Positions 34,461 to 48,711 of a DNA stretch of 64,000 bases are shown piece by piece. This DNA is from Felis catus (Eukaryota): the NCBI RefSeq assembly GCF_018350175.1, contig NC_058368.1:178190001-178254000 (forward strand). Reading direction: 5' to 3'. Each line of letters starts with the position of its first letter. Within the stretch, counting starts at the first letter, position 1. Both the position numbers and the translations under genes were made by a program. The notes beneath the pieces are model-generated. The model was not told the DNA's origin and did not search any database. It worked only from the letters and a program-made list of their open reading frames with translations.

Positions 34461-35569
34461 CTAGACATTGTATAGCCTCATGATGCAGGTTCAGACCCCT
34501 CATGGGTAGGGCCAACAAGTACAGGTCCTCTGCTTGGGCCTAAGTGTATGTATGCCTGGCTAGGGGCTGGCTACATGTCTAGCAGCCCTCGATGACCCCA
34601 TAGCAGCACCCAGGAAGCCTGGAGAAACAGAGATGCATCTTCTACAATTTCCAGCCATGAGTGGCAGGAGCCAGTGGCAATCATATTGGGAGTATGTCAT
34701 GCACGTATGACATGTGGTGGCCTGCTCTCGCTGGTGATCCATGGGCACCTAAAGGCTTTCTCCCCTTTACGGTATCCGTTTCTTCATCTGCTATTTGGAT
34801 TCAAAGAATACCCATGCCTCTTTGAACGGACTCCAGATGAAAGAGGCATTTGTGTGGTACCTTCAGTTCCTTGCAGGGAGCCAGTTTCCCTAGCAGGAAG
34901 GCTCTATTACAGAGTGGGAAGAGTTTAATCTCTATGGAGCTGTGCTACCCTAGGTAGGTCCCTTTACCTCTGAGTTTCAGTGTCCAAACCAGTAAAATGA
35001 AGACTCTATCTCCCAGAATGCTCTACATGAGCATGAAATGAGGTAATGTATGTGAGCCCCTAGTCAGCACCTGGCGCATACTAGGGGTTCAGCAAATTGC
35101 TTTCCTTCCAAGAATGCCATGGTTAGCTCTAAATCTTTTTAAAGTGATGTCAAATGGGGAATCTAAGACATGGTGTCCAACATAAGTAATAATTTGTTCC
35201 TGATAGGCCGAAGCCACTTGAACAACCCTTGGAGTCCAAGCCCCTCAGCAGGCAGTTCCGGCCACCTCTTCATCTCTGTATCCCCAGCTGTACCACATGA
35301 GACGCCAGACTTTCTACACCAGAGGGTCTTGAGAGTGTTGTGAAGGAAGGTGTTGTGAAGCACGTCATCTCAAAGAGGTATTTGCTTCTAGTCACAGTAT
35401 TTGCTTTTAAGTGGGATATTTGCTTGGGGTCAGGGGAGGATGGCGCCCTGAGTGGCACTGGGCCTGGCACAAAGCAAGTACTAATACCTGGATGCCAATG
35501 AATGGACTAGCCTTCCCTTCTCACAGCTTACCTCTCCTGTCCAATGGAGTCATGAAAGAAATGAAGATT

Positions 35570-36380
35570 AAGAGTGTAAGAAATAATTCTGTTTATTGAT
35601 TAGAACATGGTATAAAATTACAGCAATTTTCAGGCATTCTGGGCTTTCTGGGAGGGGCATGCAGTGCTCTAGCAGGAGATGGAGTGAGGGCATGGACCAC
35701 TGGGTATTGGCTCTCTTCCTGGGCACATTAAGGGACTTGCATTACCAGCACAGATGCCAATGTGAGAGAGAATTATTGGTTCTTTCCTCTGGAAACAAAG
35801 GATGTGGGCAATTTGTGTCACCAGACAATGCCATGCTTAAGAATTCAGTTCTAGCCTACATATGTTAGGTGCTGGCTCTCCCAATCTAGTCATATACGGA
35901 TTCATACTGTTCTGTGTAATGCTCATTCTTCCCACCAAAAGAAGGGAAACAGGCACGTCGGTTTGGGAGGCCATCAGAGGATGGTGTGCATTTGGCTCAG
36001 GTCATCTTGCTTCCAGACGCATCAAGGTCTGCTGGAGGCAGTGGGCTGGGGCACGCAAGCAAAAAAGTGTGCACTACTGTAAGCTCAAGCAGAGGGACCT
36101 TCCATAGGGCAGCAGTGTGAAGAAATGAGCATGCTTCCAAAACAAACCCAATTTCATCTTGTCTCTCTCAAGAAGACGGAGAAGGAAGAGCTGGCCATCA
36201 GAGACTGAGCCATATGATGCTGGGTTCCATAGAAAGTCTCCAGTGGAGAATTCTTTCAAAATGCAAAAGGTGTTTCTGTCCCAAGAGTCGGTGTGTAAAA
36301 TCAGAACGAGGGCAGAGCAAGGTGTTAAGAAGTGGTTGTTCAGTACAACGTCTCTGAGAGCCAGATGGCTGGGTTCACAG
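35570..36380 (-). other. KCNIP1: KCNIP1 3' UTR with probable polyA signal AATAAA at 35592-35597
   Basis: Repeat-free sequence after the stop codon; plus-strand tttatt equals minus-strand AATAAA. The exact cleavage site is inferred. Confidence 0.65.
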
Positions 36381-36428
36381 TTACATGACATTTTGGAATA
36401 GCTGGAGGGACCTCATGATGTTGTCATC
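36381..36428 (-). CDS. KCNIP1: KCNIP1 last coding exon DDNIMRSLQLFQNVM*
   Basis: Translated by hand; cag acceptor after a pyrimidine tract; TAA stop at 36381-36383. Confidence 0.96.
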   Translation of the reverse strand, partial: DDNIMRSLQLFQNVM

Positions 36429-36689
36429 CTGGGAAGGGAGGAAGGGGAAAAGAGAGGACAGTTAGAACTTTCCGAGGATTTTCCCTGAGAAGTTCTGTTA
36501 CGGTGAGCAAGTCTCCAGCATGGGTTTCTCGTGCAGAAAGAACTCTGCAAGGGAATGAGAAACGGGGGTGGGGGCCCAGAAAGTAAGCAACTCAAGGCAA
36601 GAAGCACCTTCTCTGGCCTTAAGAAATTTGTAAGAAATAAATTATCCAGTGGAACAGTGAGTATTGCTTCTTTTTAGAAGCTCTGGGCA

Positions 36690-37156
36690 ACTGCATTTTA
36701 TCAAATGATTTTTCTCCATCTACTGAGGTGATTGCATTTTAAAATTTCTATTATGTCATTAATTATATTGATGAATTCTTGAATGTTAAACCAATCTAGC
36801 ATTCCTGTAATAAACCCTATTTATTCTTTTTTTTTTAACATATTACAGGATTTGATTTTTTGTACCTGTGTCCAGAGGGAATATATTAGCCTGAAAATTT
36901 TCTCACTTTGTAACAGCTTTGTCATGTTTTCTTATTAGGGTTATGATAGCCTCATAAATCAAGTTGAGAATTTTTTCTTCTTTCTCTATTCTCTGAATTT
37001 GTATGACATTAACATCCTTTCTTCCTTAGAAAGAGTTTGAAAGAATTTACCAGGTAAGACATCTGTGTTTGCCATTTTCTTTATGGGAAAGTTTTATTTA
37101 TTTTTTTAAAGCATTTTTTAATGTTTATTTAATTTTGAGAGAAAGAGAGAGAGAGA

Positions 37157-37209
<53 letters not shown>

Positions 37210-38330
37210 AAGAGCAGAGAGAGAGGGAGACACAGAATCTGAATCAGGCTCTAGGCTCTGAGCTGTCAGCACAGAGCCTGACATGGGACTTGAACTCACA
37301 AACCGTGAGATCATGACCTGAGCCTAAGTCAGTTGCTTAACTGACTAAGCCGCTCAGGCGCCCCTATGGGAAAGTTTTAAATTAAGGATTCAATTTCTTT
37401 GACACACATAGGACTATTCAGATTTTCTATTTCTTTTGGTGTTAGTTTTGATAAATTATGTTTGTAAGGAGTTTGTAGACTTCGTATGTTGCCAAATTTA
37501 TTGAATAACTGACTTTTATCTTTACGATGTCTGTAAAACCTGTAGTGTTGTTACCCTTTCCATTCCTGATATTGATAGCTTGAGTGTTCTTTCTTTTTTG
37601 TTTGAATCAATCTTGCTAAGCATTTATCAGTTTTATTTATTTTTTCAAAGAGGCAAATTTTGGTTTTATTGATTTTCTTTTTGCATGTCTCTATTATATG
37701 TTCTCTATTTTACATTTACATTTTTCTATTGTATATTCCCTAGGAAATAAGTATTGAATGTAGAACATGTTTGGCTATTAAACAACATACTTCTAAGTCC
37801 GTGGGTCAGAGAAGAAAATATTTTGAATTAAAATATAATGAAAATATGACATATTATAATCTATGGGATCTAAAGCAGTAGTTAAAAGAAATTTTATCCC
37901 TCTGTATGCACGTATTAGAAAAGAATGGTTGAAAATAAATGATCTAAATCTCCATCTCAAAAAGCTAGAAAGAAAACCTAAAAATTAAATTAAAATGAAA
38001 CAGAAGGAAGAAAATAATTTACAGCACAAATGATAAAGTAGAAAGCATACCTATAATAGAAAAAAAATCAACAAAGAGAAAAGTTGATTCTGGGTGTCTG
38101 AAATCTTTTAAAAGTTGCTAGACCTTTTTAAGTTTATTTATTTATTTTGAGAGAGAGAGCATGAGCAGGGAAGGGGCAGAGAGAGAGAAGGAGAAAGAAT
38201 CCCGTTCTCTGCACTGTCAGTACAGAGCCTAATGTGAGACTCAAACTCACAAATGGAGAGATCATGACTTGAGCCAAAATCAAAAGCTGGACACTTAACT
38301 CACCAAACCACTCAGGTGCCCCTAAAAGTT
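36690..38330. repeat. Old L1 ORF2 fragments (inverted pieces) with SINECs at 37110-37363 and 38125-38323
   Basis: T-rich then A-rich L1-like sequence; reverse SINEC consensus with (ga)n. Confidence 0.65.
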
Positions 38331-38632
38331 TCTAGAACTTTTAAAAGAAGTCTATGGAGTCAGGCTGTCTAAATTCAAATCGTGGATCTGTCATTTACTA
38401 GCTGGGTGACCTTACTCCCTTTGTGCCTCAGTTTCTTTATGTTAGAGTAGCATCCATCACCATATATATCTATGGGTGGGTTGTGAGCAAGAAATGAGTG
38501 AATTAATGGAGAGCAATAGAGGTTGCTAATGTGAGAAACTAAACAAATTTGAAAATTTCACTCACCTGTTAAGCAAAGTCAAAAAAGCACACTTAAATAG
38601 GGCATAGGATTTAAAATTAGAATGAAGTTCAA

Positions 38633-38855
38633 GGGGATCCTGGGTGGCTCAGTCGGTTAAGCATCTGACTTTGGCTCAGGTCATGACCTCAGAGTTCATG
38701 GGTTTGAGCCCCACAGGGGGCCCTGCGCCGACAGCTCAGAGCCTGGAGCCTGCTTTGGATTCTGTGTCTCCCTCTCTCTCTCTGCCCCTCCCCTGCTTGC
38801 ACTCTGTCTCTCTCTCCCTCTCAAAATAATAAATAAACATTAACGAAAAAAAAAA
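38633..38855 (+). repeat. SINEC
   Basis: SINEC consensus with polyA. Confidence 0.88.
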
Positions 38856-40107
38856 CCCAACAGAATGATGGAGTTCAAGTTCCATCTCTGTCACCTACTG
38901 GGCCTTAGCCACATCTCTCAACTTTGCAATGTCTCAGTTTTCTCTTCTTTAAAATGTGTATGATCAATACTACCGTGCACCCAGTTCATGATGATTAACA
39001 TGTTGAAATATTTCTATCCTTGTTGGTAAGTGAGCCTTCCATCCAGCATCTGTGCCTCTGGCTATCTGGTAACTGGCACAGGACCGCTGGAGCACCCAAA
39101 GATCCATCAGCTAGTGGGTCGGCAAGCTTAGAAGAATCCCTCTAGGGCACAGCTCCTTGACCATGAGGTCAAGGTCAGTTAAGAGTGGTTAGTTCTCAGT
39201 CCACTCTCATTATAAAACATTTTGAATATCATGACCAAGGCTAAGCTCGTACAGCGGCACCACCTCTCAGGATGGTTGTGAGGTTTATGCAAAATACCTG
39301 AAACTTGGTAGGTTCTCAGTATGTACTGATAACTTCTCCTCTGCTTTGTGTATCTGCAGTTCTTACTGGGTGAGCTCAGAGTAACTGTACTTTTCTGAAA
39401 TAAATGGGGGATAGAAATGCATTTTTCTAAAGTAGATAAAAGCAACTGTTTCTAGTTCAATTGCTGGCAGAGGCTCTGGGCTAGTCTATCCTTTTGCAGA
39501 ATGAAAATGTCTTCCAAGGACCCGCAGGATCAGGATCATCTGAGTGAGCGTTAGAAAAGCAGTGCCTCAAGCCCTGCTCCAGACCTACTGAATTAGAATC
39601 TGCATTTTAAGGAGATCCTCAAGGAGGTTGGTTTGCACAGTAAAGTTTTAGCAGCGTTGATCCCCAGGACATTTGTGTTAAAAAAAAAGATTTCTAGAGC
39701 CTCGCCCCCAATCTAGTGTTCATTTTCAGAATCATCTGGGCAATTTTGGGGCACACCATGGCTTGAGAATTACAGCTTTAGATTTTTTTCCCAGCTACCC
39801 CTTCGAAGTCTGAGGAGTGGGTCACTGAGCTGGAAGCCTGTTGAAAAAGCAGAGTGTTGTCCACTTGAGAAGCCTATGGTTTCACAGAGACCCCCTTGGC
39901 CTTTCACATCCCCCCACAATCCTTCTCAGGCTGTCTGGCTCAGCCTGTGTTTAGCCAAGACCAACCGCAGCCCAGCTCTAGGAGGGGATGGAATGGAATT
40001 CTACCTGAGGTAGAGAGGGTATCTCAGCTCTCCCTTCTGCAGGGCCCCAGGCCTCAGATTTTCTTTCCTGGATCTAGTATGTTTTGTGCTCTGAGGTCTC
40101 TCCTTAC

Positions 40108-40170
40108 CTCCTGACAGGATTCAAGAAATTCGTCTAAAGTCACGATGCCATCTTTATTTTTGTCCATTTT
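40108..40170 (-). CDS. KCNIP1: KCNIP1 coding exon KMDKNKDGIVTLDEFLESCQE
   Basis: Translated by hand; EF-hand 4 loop DKNKDGIVTLDE; cag/gtaagg boundaries; 63 nt. Confidence 0.96.
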
Positions 40171-41069
40171 CTGGAAGACACAACAGGAAGCACTTTAACG
40201 AACCTGGTAATCTGCATTCCAAAACTTGCTCTTTGTTAATCACCTTTGCCCCGAGAATTCGGGTGGTCTTTCACTGGCCAGACAATCCCACCCAACTCCC
40301 TGGTTACAGCATTTTGAGCCCCATAAGCTTCCTTAAAATTGAGAGACTTGCTCCAGACTCTCATTGCGTCATCACCAGATTATTCTGCTGATACCCTAAC
40401 ATGTCTTCCCCAGACTCTCCCCCAGCCTGTCCACCTGGCAGAGAGAACACTGCATGTGAGAGGTTCGACTTCTGTCTCTGTCACTTACTGTGTGACCTCG
40501 AGTGAGTCTTTAAGCCTCTCTGAGTCTCTGCTTTTCCCATCTGCGAAGTGAGAGGATTAGACTAGAATGAGCTGGGGCATTCTTCAATAGTCTACCACTC
40601 GCTTACTTTCTTACAAAACCACCACTGTGGTCATGCTACTCTTCCACTCATGGAATAACTATAGTCACCCAAGCAAGACTGAACTCTTCAATGCAAGACC
40701 TCACACTCCAGCCCCTCCTCGTTTCCAACCTTCTCTCCCGCTAGTCCCGAGACATAAATGCTTAACACTTACACAAATGTGTTTAATGACGTCTTCTCTG
40801 GTTACTCTGCTCCACCAAGAATTTGCATGGAATGTAGAAGCTGTACTGTAGCATTTCTATTTCATAATACACTTCCCTGTTCCATTGTCTAGTATATACT
40901 TGCTTGCTTAATGAGATCATCTATTACTTGAGGACGACGCATTTTGTAATTCTTTTCTGTTTTCTACAATGCATAGGACAGAGTAGGACACACACCACTT
41001 GCTCAGAGGCTTGTGGGTTGGCTGGTCTAAGTTGGGCTTAAAGCTCGCGCACGACGTGTGTGCACTTAC

Positions 41070-41174
41070 TTGGAAGAAGACATCCACGTGCTGCCTTGGA
41101 GTGTCTTCTCTGAGCACGGGATATGTGTATTTCCCCATCATGTCGTAGATGGCTTTGACAATGTCCATCATCTC
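41070..41174 (-). CDS. KCNIP1: KCNIP1 coding exon [35 protein letters not shown]
   Basis: Recognised sequence; cag/gtaagt boundaries; 105 nt. Confidence 0.97.
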
Positions 41175-41938
41175 CTGGAGGATATGGAAGCACAGTGTGA
41201 GAACATGAGGTCAGGCTCTTTTTATGTGACACTTTGGGGCTCCTTGTCCCCCTTGTGATTGAAAGTGATTAAAAGGACTCTCTTCAGCTGATGAGAAGGG
41301 CTGAAGGGCTATATTCTGAGAGGAGGCAGTGGGACATTCTCTTTGCCTTCAGAAGCTCTTGGATAGGTTACCTTTTCTTAAGCATTATCCTCAGTGAGGG
41401 GTTATATGGGGGATTGGGGTGAACATGTTTGTGTACTGATCGGCCCACACTCCATTTTTGGAAGACCCTCTCCCTACTCCACAATTCCCTTGAATGGTTG
41501 GCCTGGGTGGCTGTGTTTGTACTGGGTGACCTGTCTCTGTGACCACTGCTAATTTGGAACAAAGGTGGACGTCTGACTAAAGCTGGGCTACTCTGTTTTT
41601 CTCCCTGGAGAAGTTTAGGTGATGAGGCACAGAAACTGTAATCAGGAGTGATAGAACCCTGGGACTCGAAAGTCAAGTGGCGTTGGGGCCAGAGTCAGTG
41701 ACAGGCAAGCCATTTCCAGGTTTTAGCTGAGGTTGAGTGAAAACAGACATCAAAAACTTGTGCAGAAGAGTAGAAGTTCTGTGAAGAGGAGAAGGGAGCG
41801 AATACACAGAAAGTAGAGAAGAAGAGAAAAATGCAGGGAGAAAGAGAGGAGAGGAGAGAAAGGAGTAGAGGAAGGAGAAGGGAGGTGGGGGTGGGGGGAG
41901 AAACAGACACCTGTTCCCATGAGCACATACATGCACAC

Positions 41939-41940
<2 letters not shown>

Positions 41941-41981
<41 letters not shown>

Positions 41982-42035
41982 CTCACTCACACTCACATAT
42001 ACTCACACATACATACTGTATACTCACATACACTC
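41941..42035. repeat. (CA)n microsatellite and degenerate extension
   Basis: Direct observation. Confidence 0.9.
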
Positions 42036-42384
42036 AGGCTTTCTGAGAAAAACAGTTGAAGAAGACAGAAACAGTAACAAGGACTCAAGAAGCCCCAGAG
42101 AGGCAGTGTCTCAGAACCCTTACTCTATAGGCTAAAACCTCCTCTTGCACCTCCCCGCCCTTCTGTTGCTAGCAACTTGAATCTGTCATTCTTGCAGAGG
42201 AGTGTGGCCATCTTGATCTCAGCAATGCTGGAGGAGGGTGAGGAAACAGAGGGGACAAAAGGGGGGTGGAGAGAGAGAGGGAGACTAACAACCTTCTAGT
42301 TTCAATAGAGTTTACACAAGTTCCATCAGACTAACTGTATCTTTATAGGAAATCTCTCAGCTTAAGCTGAGTTATTTTGATGAT

Positions 42385-42589
42385 TTTTAAAAAAGTTTAT
42401 TTCCTTATTTTGAGAGAGAGCATGAAAGAGTGGGGGAGGGGCAGAGAGAGAGGGAGAGAGAATCCCAAGCAGGCTTCACACTGTCAGTACAGAGCCGATG
42501 TCGGGTTTGAACTCACAAACCGTGAGATCGTGACCTGACCTGAAACCAAGAGTTGGATGCTTAACTGACTGAGCCACCCAGGCGCCCCT
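42385..42589 (-). repeat. SINEC
   Basis: Reverse consensus; TSD tattttgatgattttt. Confidence 0.88.
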
Positions 42590-43059
42590 ATTTTGATGAT
42601 TTTTTATATTTGTAACCAAAAGACCTCTTTCTACAAAGTCATTCTTGTTTGATGGGGCCTGATAGATGTTACAAATGCTGTCATGTTTTCTTTCTAATCT
42701 TTCAATGCTTTTGGATACAGAATAAGTGATCATTAAATATTTATTAAAATAGTTAAATTGTTCTTATTATTAGTTTATAGATCTGTTTCCTCAAGACCGT
42801 GAACTCGTGAGGACATGCTTGCTCCTTCATTGCTAAGGTCTCTGCATGGGCTGGGAGCCCAGTAACTGTTGAGTGGGTCTGTGATGTTCTGATCACGCTG
42901 ACCAGGCATGGTATTCCATGGCCCCTCCTCCAAATGCAGGAAATAGGGTGCAGGAAGGCAGCCTTGTCTTTGAGATATTTGAAATAGTGTCTACGGAGAC
43001 CCAGGGGACAGACTCTATCTTGGGGTCCTTGTCTGCTACTCCTCATTCCAGGTGCTTAT

Positions 43060-43986
43060 TTTATTTGTATTTGTTTTTAACCTATTAATACTTTTAGACT
43101 TATACAAAAGCTGTAGGAATAGAACAGAGCATGCACCTATACCTTTGACCCAGGTTCTCCTAATTTTAACTTGCAAAACCACAGCACAAGGAAACTGACA
43201 GGAAACTGACCCAGGAAACTGACATTTCTACAACAATGCTACAGTGCTATTAAGGAAACTATCAAGCTTATTCACATTTCAACAGATTTTCCCCAAGTGT
43301 CTTTTTTATGGTTAAGGATCTCTCATCCATCTAACTGTTGTGTCCCCTTAGTCTCCTCTAACCTGTGACCGTTTCTGTTTGTCTTTCAAGAGCAAGGCAC
43401 TTCTGATATGAAGTGTCAGTTATTATGCTGATCAGTTATTTTGTAGAATGTCTCTGCTCGTGTTAGTTGCTGGTTTTCTGATGATTAGGTTGAAGTTATG
43501 CATTTTTTACAAGAATACCAAATCAGTGATATTATATCCTTCTTGGTGCATCCTATCAAAGTGGTTCTTGATATATCGTGTTAATGGTGATGTTAACCTT
43601 GATCATTTGATTAAAAGGGGGTGCCTATCAAGTTCGTCCCCTGATCTTAGTTTCTTTCAGTGGATCTTGCCTGCAAAAATGATTACTGTGGTGTTTGCCT
43701 AATGCTGACTTTGTATTTCCTTTATTCCTTCTTTATTTATTAATTAGAATTCTTCTTTAAGGAAGAGTTGTCCCTTATCCCCTATTTATCTATGAATTCA
43801 ATTATTTATTTGAGTACATATTTATTATTTATTTGAACACATATTATTTGAATACATATAATCTATAATTATATATATATAATTTAGTAGGGACTCATGG
43901 ATGTGTTCTTTATTTTATACCTTATAATCTAATACTAACTTTTTTTTTTTTTTAGAGGTAGAGTGTATGTGCAAGCAGAGGAGAGG

Positions 43987-44032
<46 letters not shown>

Positions 44033-44312
44033 CTGAAGCAGGCTCCACGCTCAGTGAAGAGCCTGATGCAGGGCTTGATCCCACAACTCTGGGATCGTGA
44101 CCTGAGCCAACCAGAGTTGGGACACTCAACTGACTGAGCCACTCCGGCACCCCTAACGCTAGCATTATTAGATATGTTGCTCAAATTGTTCTGGTTTTGG
44201 TGATTAGGAACTCTTTCAGACTTATTCCTGCAGCTTTTTGACATGTCCCAGCCTTCCTCTCTCCCCCCCTCACTACTTCTTCCTTCCTCCCTTCCTTCCT
44301 CTCTCTTTTTCT

Positions 44313-44356
<44 letters not shown>

Positions 44357-44640
44357 TGTTTCTTTCCTTCTTTCCTTCTTTCCTTCTTTCCTTCTTTCCC
44401 TCTTCTTTCTCTTTTTTCAAGCACCCCAGTACTTTCCAGCACTACAAGATACTCCAGGCCCATCTTGCATTTTCTCAGTCCCAGTCCTGGAATCACCCAC
44501 TTCTTGAAGGAGACTGATACCTTTAGCTGGAGAATGATATTCAGACACCAAGGTCTGGGGTGCGATGTGTCCTCATTGCTGGAGGGGTGTCATTGTCTTA
44601 GACCCTCCCAAGAAACAGAAATAGGAAATAAACGTCTCTA
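43060..44640 (-). repeat. Old L1M 3' UTR with a SINEC (43940-44155) and (TTTC)n (44275-44420)
   Basis: L1MC/ME-like motifs; SINE consensus; tetranucleotide repeat. Confidence 0.65.
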
Positions 44641-45780
44641 CCCATGGGTTTATTTTAAAATGTAGGCTTTGTAAGTCCTTCATATCTGCATTGTTATAGG
44701 TTTCTTTCCTGAGTACCTTTTATAAGAGAAAGGATTTAAGACCAATTTTGATTGCTGTCTCAGGATTTTCATTGCCTATAATTTGGATGAGATTATCTCC
44801 AAATGATTGTCAGGGGGAAGATCCAGCTATCTTTTCTAGGAAGCTGCTTATCCACACTTTCTTTTTCTTTTAAGGGGTTCTTTATTAATTCTGCCATCAA
44901 GAGAGGTCTGATGGGTATAAATGGGAACAATATTGTCTGGTCTACAAACAAGGAAGAGGGAGCTGGATATAGTGAGATTATTCAAGTAATGGAATTATGG
45001 CTGAACCAAGGTTGACAACCGTGTTATAAGTCCCATTTTAGGGTCTTTTCTTTATCTATTTTGTAAAGTAGTATTTGAATATTTTGTCATAGCACATATT
45101 TGAGTATGTACAGAAGCATTACATTCTTTGAAAAATTGAGATAATATTATACATAAGATTTTAAAAGATGAATTTTTACATCTTAATACTTTTGTATGAT
45201 CTTAAACGGCCATCTGTTATCCCATTACATGTATTTCCTGGAATCCACTGAACATATCTGTTATTAGTAGATATTAGGGTTTTCACATGTGGGAGATCAT
45301 TCACCACTTGATTTTCAGCACCTAGAACACCTAATAAGCCCTCAAATATATGTTGAGCAAATGCACGACTGAATGAATGAAGACTGAATGTCAGAGGGAA
45401 ATTTGCAGGGCTGGGGTGAGACCTGGAGATGCTATCACTCTAGGCACTGGGCTTGGCACGCAGAAGCTCAGGGAATGGGATGTTACAGGATGCTATGTCC
45501 AAGCTTCAGCTGAGATACCAAAATACAGTAGATACCAAAGTGAGTTTTGAGACAGACCTGTGGGTATTTCACTGGCTAGACACCACAGGTGGCTCTAAAA
45601 GTGTCAGGCAGTGAAGACTCAGACATTATTTGTGATTTGTTAAGAGATGGCTGCACTTGCCATCGTCCCCTTCTGTGGTTTTATTAGTAGGCAAAATAGA
45701 TTGTGGCCAGTGTGATCCTATTACAATCTCCCTTCTCTCTTCTGGATGATGTCTACAATTCTACCATTCCAACTTCTAGC

Positions 45781-45987
45781 TTTTTTTTTTTTTTTTTTAG
45801 TGTTTATTTTTGAGACAGAGTGCGAGCTGGGGAGGGGCAGAGAGAAAGGGAAACACAGAATCCGAAACAGGCTCCAGGATCCAAGCTGCCAGCACAGAGC
45901 CCGATGCGGGGCTCGAACCCACAAACCATGAGATCATGACCCGAGCCGAAGTCGGACGCTCAACCGACTGAGCCACCCAGGCGCCCC
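45781..45987 (-). repeat. SINEC
   Basis: Reverse consensus; TSD tccaactt(c/t)tagcttt. Confidence 0.9.
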
Positions 45988-46328
45988 TCCAACTTTTAGC
46001 TTTAATTTGTGACTATTAACCTATGAAATGTGAGTTCTCCTAGGAAGAGTAACTCTACACAAAAATCATTTGCATTCCCTTTGGAATGTACACTGAATAC
46101 ATGTGACCCAGTGACAATAAATGAATCTGCTTAATCCTTTCTTGAGTACTTGGGGGCAGGGCAGGGTGGGGCAATGGGGTAGGTCAAAGGTGACCAGGAA
46201 TCTCTCTGTTAGCCCCAAGGCAGATCCCTCCTCATTCAGACAGTTTCATTCTCCAGACGGGGCTGTTTACTGTTTAATTAGATGCCTTCATTGTGCCTCC
46301 TTCGTGACCCTGGCCTCAGCTCACTTAC

Positions 46329-46436
46329 CTCTTTGTTTATGTATCCATCTTTATTGATGTCATACAAATTAAATGTCCACCTTAGCTTCTCATGGACGGT
46401 TCCTCTCAGTAAAATCGACAGAGCAGTTACAAAGTC
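46329..46436 (-). CDS. KCNIP1: KCNIP1 coding exon [36 protein letters not shown]
   Basis: EF-hand 3 loop [12 protein letters not shown]; cag/gtaagt boundaries; 108 nt. Confidence 0.97.
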
Positions 46437-47154
46437 CTGACAAATGAAAGAGGCATTAATGACATTAACCACCAAGCCTTGGGGTGGGAGGAAGCTCTGT
46501 CTTTGGGTCAGACTCTATGACTGCTTTTATATAGTGGTATCTCCCATGTCCTCTGTCCCCTGAAGGACATGGCCAAGCTCAGCGAAAGTGCCCCCCTTCC
46601 ATTCCCTACCCTGCCCCATTTTGGGGGGACAGAGCGTCCTTGAGGAAGAAAGTATGTGCTGACATCTCCAGACACAGGTAAACAGACTCCTGTGGCACTG
46701 CCCTATCCCACAGCTGCAGTTAGCCTCAGAAAGGCAGTATAGTCTACCACCGGAGTTCAAATCCCTCTGTTACCTCTTCCTAGCTGTTTGACCTTGGAAA
46801 AAACACTCAATCTCTCTTTGCCTCACCGTCCTCTTCTGTAAACTGGTAATAAATAATAGAACACTACCTTGTGGGTTACTATGAGGATTAAATGAGTTAA
46901 TACATGCAAAGCACTAGTACAGAGTCTGTCTCGTGGTAAGCTCGGTGTGAACGTGAGCTGTTACACTCTTTTCATTAGTCCCTCTGAGACCCTGAGTTCC
47001 CAGAGGGGTGGGGCAGCTGCTGTTTCTCTATCTTCAGGAAATGTTTGTTAAATGGATGACGGACTGAAGCATCTGAGGACCCGACTGTCCCATCAATAGC
47101 ACACAGTTTAGAAGAGGAGATGGTGGGGACCCCGGGACTCTGAGACAAACATAC

Positions 47155-47225
47155 CTCGAACTTCACGGAGCCTGTCTGGGTGGTGTCGAAGGCGTGGAAG
47201 AGGTAATGGGCATACATGCTGGCAT
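47155..47225 (-). CDS. KCNIP1: KCNIP1 coding exon (D)ASMYAHYLFHAFDTTQTGSVKFE
   Basis: EF-hand 2; cag/gtatgt boundaries; 71 nt. Confidence 0.96.
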
Positions 47226-48711
47226 CTGAAAGGCACAGAAGGAAAGGCAGGTGACGGGAGCCGGGGCTTCACAGAGGGAAGGGAGAATGCTTGGAAACAA
47301 TAAGGAAGAGAAGAGGGTGCTGCTGGGGTGATGGAAAGGAGGAAAGGCAGTGTGGGCAAGCCCACTGTGTAAACAGGGACCCATGTGGCTGTCCTGGATT
47401 TTAGGTGGAAAGTTCTTAGGACAAAGACAAGCCCTCACCCCTACATCTAGCCATCCCCGGAGGAAGACCCTCCCGCTGGTTCACATGGGTAATTCTTGGT
47501 GGGTGAGTGACGTGGCAACTGTGGGAAGAAGGCGCCCTTCTGAGTGATGTGCAATGCCATGGAGTGAGTACTCACTAGGGAGCAGACAGACCTGGGCTTG
47601 GCTAGCAGCTCTCTCCCTATGTAGCTGTGTGAACAGGCATCGAGCAGAACCTCTCTGAGCTCCTCTTTCCTGTCTCTGTACAAAGGGATGTAGCAAAACC
47701 TATCTCTTGGAATTTTTGAAAAAGTATGTTAAACTTTTAACATAGTCACATCATCTTAACCATCACCATTCCTGCCAAATGGTCAAAACTCAATAAACTG
47801 TGGCTCAACAGAATTCAACAGCAGTGGTTCTGGGGTCTTCATGGGGTGAAGCTGCTCCCCAACTTGCAGAGGGGCCCTGTACGGGGTCCCACACTTAGGA
47901 GGGCCCCATCTGTGCCAAAGAGGCCCATGAGAGACAGAGCTCAAGAAATGTTTGGGACACTTGGATCTCCATTTCATCAGGACCCAGGGAAGGGATCCTG
48001 CAGGAGATAGCTCCTGGGGGCAGGAAGTGAAGTGGCACATGACTCATAGAAGCCTTGGGAAAGAGGCATTGATGTCTTAGGCCCATGGAGGCAGAGCAAC
48101 TTCCTTCAGGAGTCAGGCATGGCAACAGAGTGTCTGTGGGTCTGGTACACTCACTAACCTGGACTTCTATGCACAGCTTTATGTTCCCTACATCTTTTTG
48201 GATTCATTTATTTCTACAGTCTCTGGTATTGAAATTATTTTTCAAAGTTTCACCTTGCCCTCAGCTGTTGTAAGGAAAAGAATGGAGAGTGTATAGCAAA
48301 ATGGTGGAACCAACATGGCAGAGCTTTACATCAGACACTTATGGGATAGAATCCTGCTCTGCTACTTACTGGCTGCGTTATCTTGATCTTGATCTTGAGT
48401 GAATTGCTAACTTCTCTGAGACGTTGTTGTCCATCTCGGATATGATACAGTACCTGCTTTCTAGAGCTGATATGAGACTTTATGATATTGCTTTATTAAT
48501 CTCTTCTCCTCTCTTGGAGAGAATCCATTTCAGAGCTCTTTTCTGCTAAAACTTTAGCTAATTCCATATCTTGTAATAAGGGAGGGGAATCTTACTCTGA
48601 GTTGTCCCTGCTGTTGAGGAGGAGACAGATAACAAGAAACATGAACCTGGAGGAAGAAAGGCTGCTCACCAGAGAAGGAGTTGGGAAGGATCTTTTCAAG
48701 ATCAGACTCAC

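Noticed and set aside
43915..44665. Lys/Glu/Arg-rich and Phe/Leu/Ser-rich ORFs
   Set aside because: Translations of (TTTC)n and SINE sequence.
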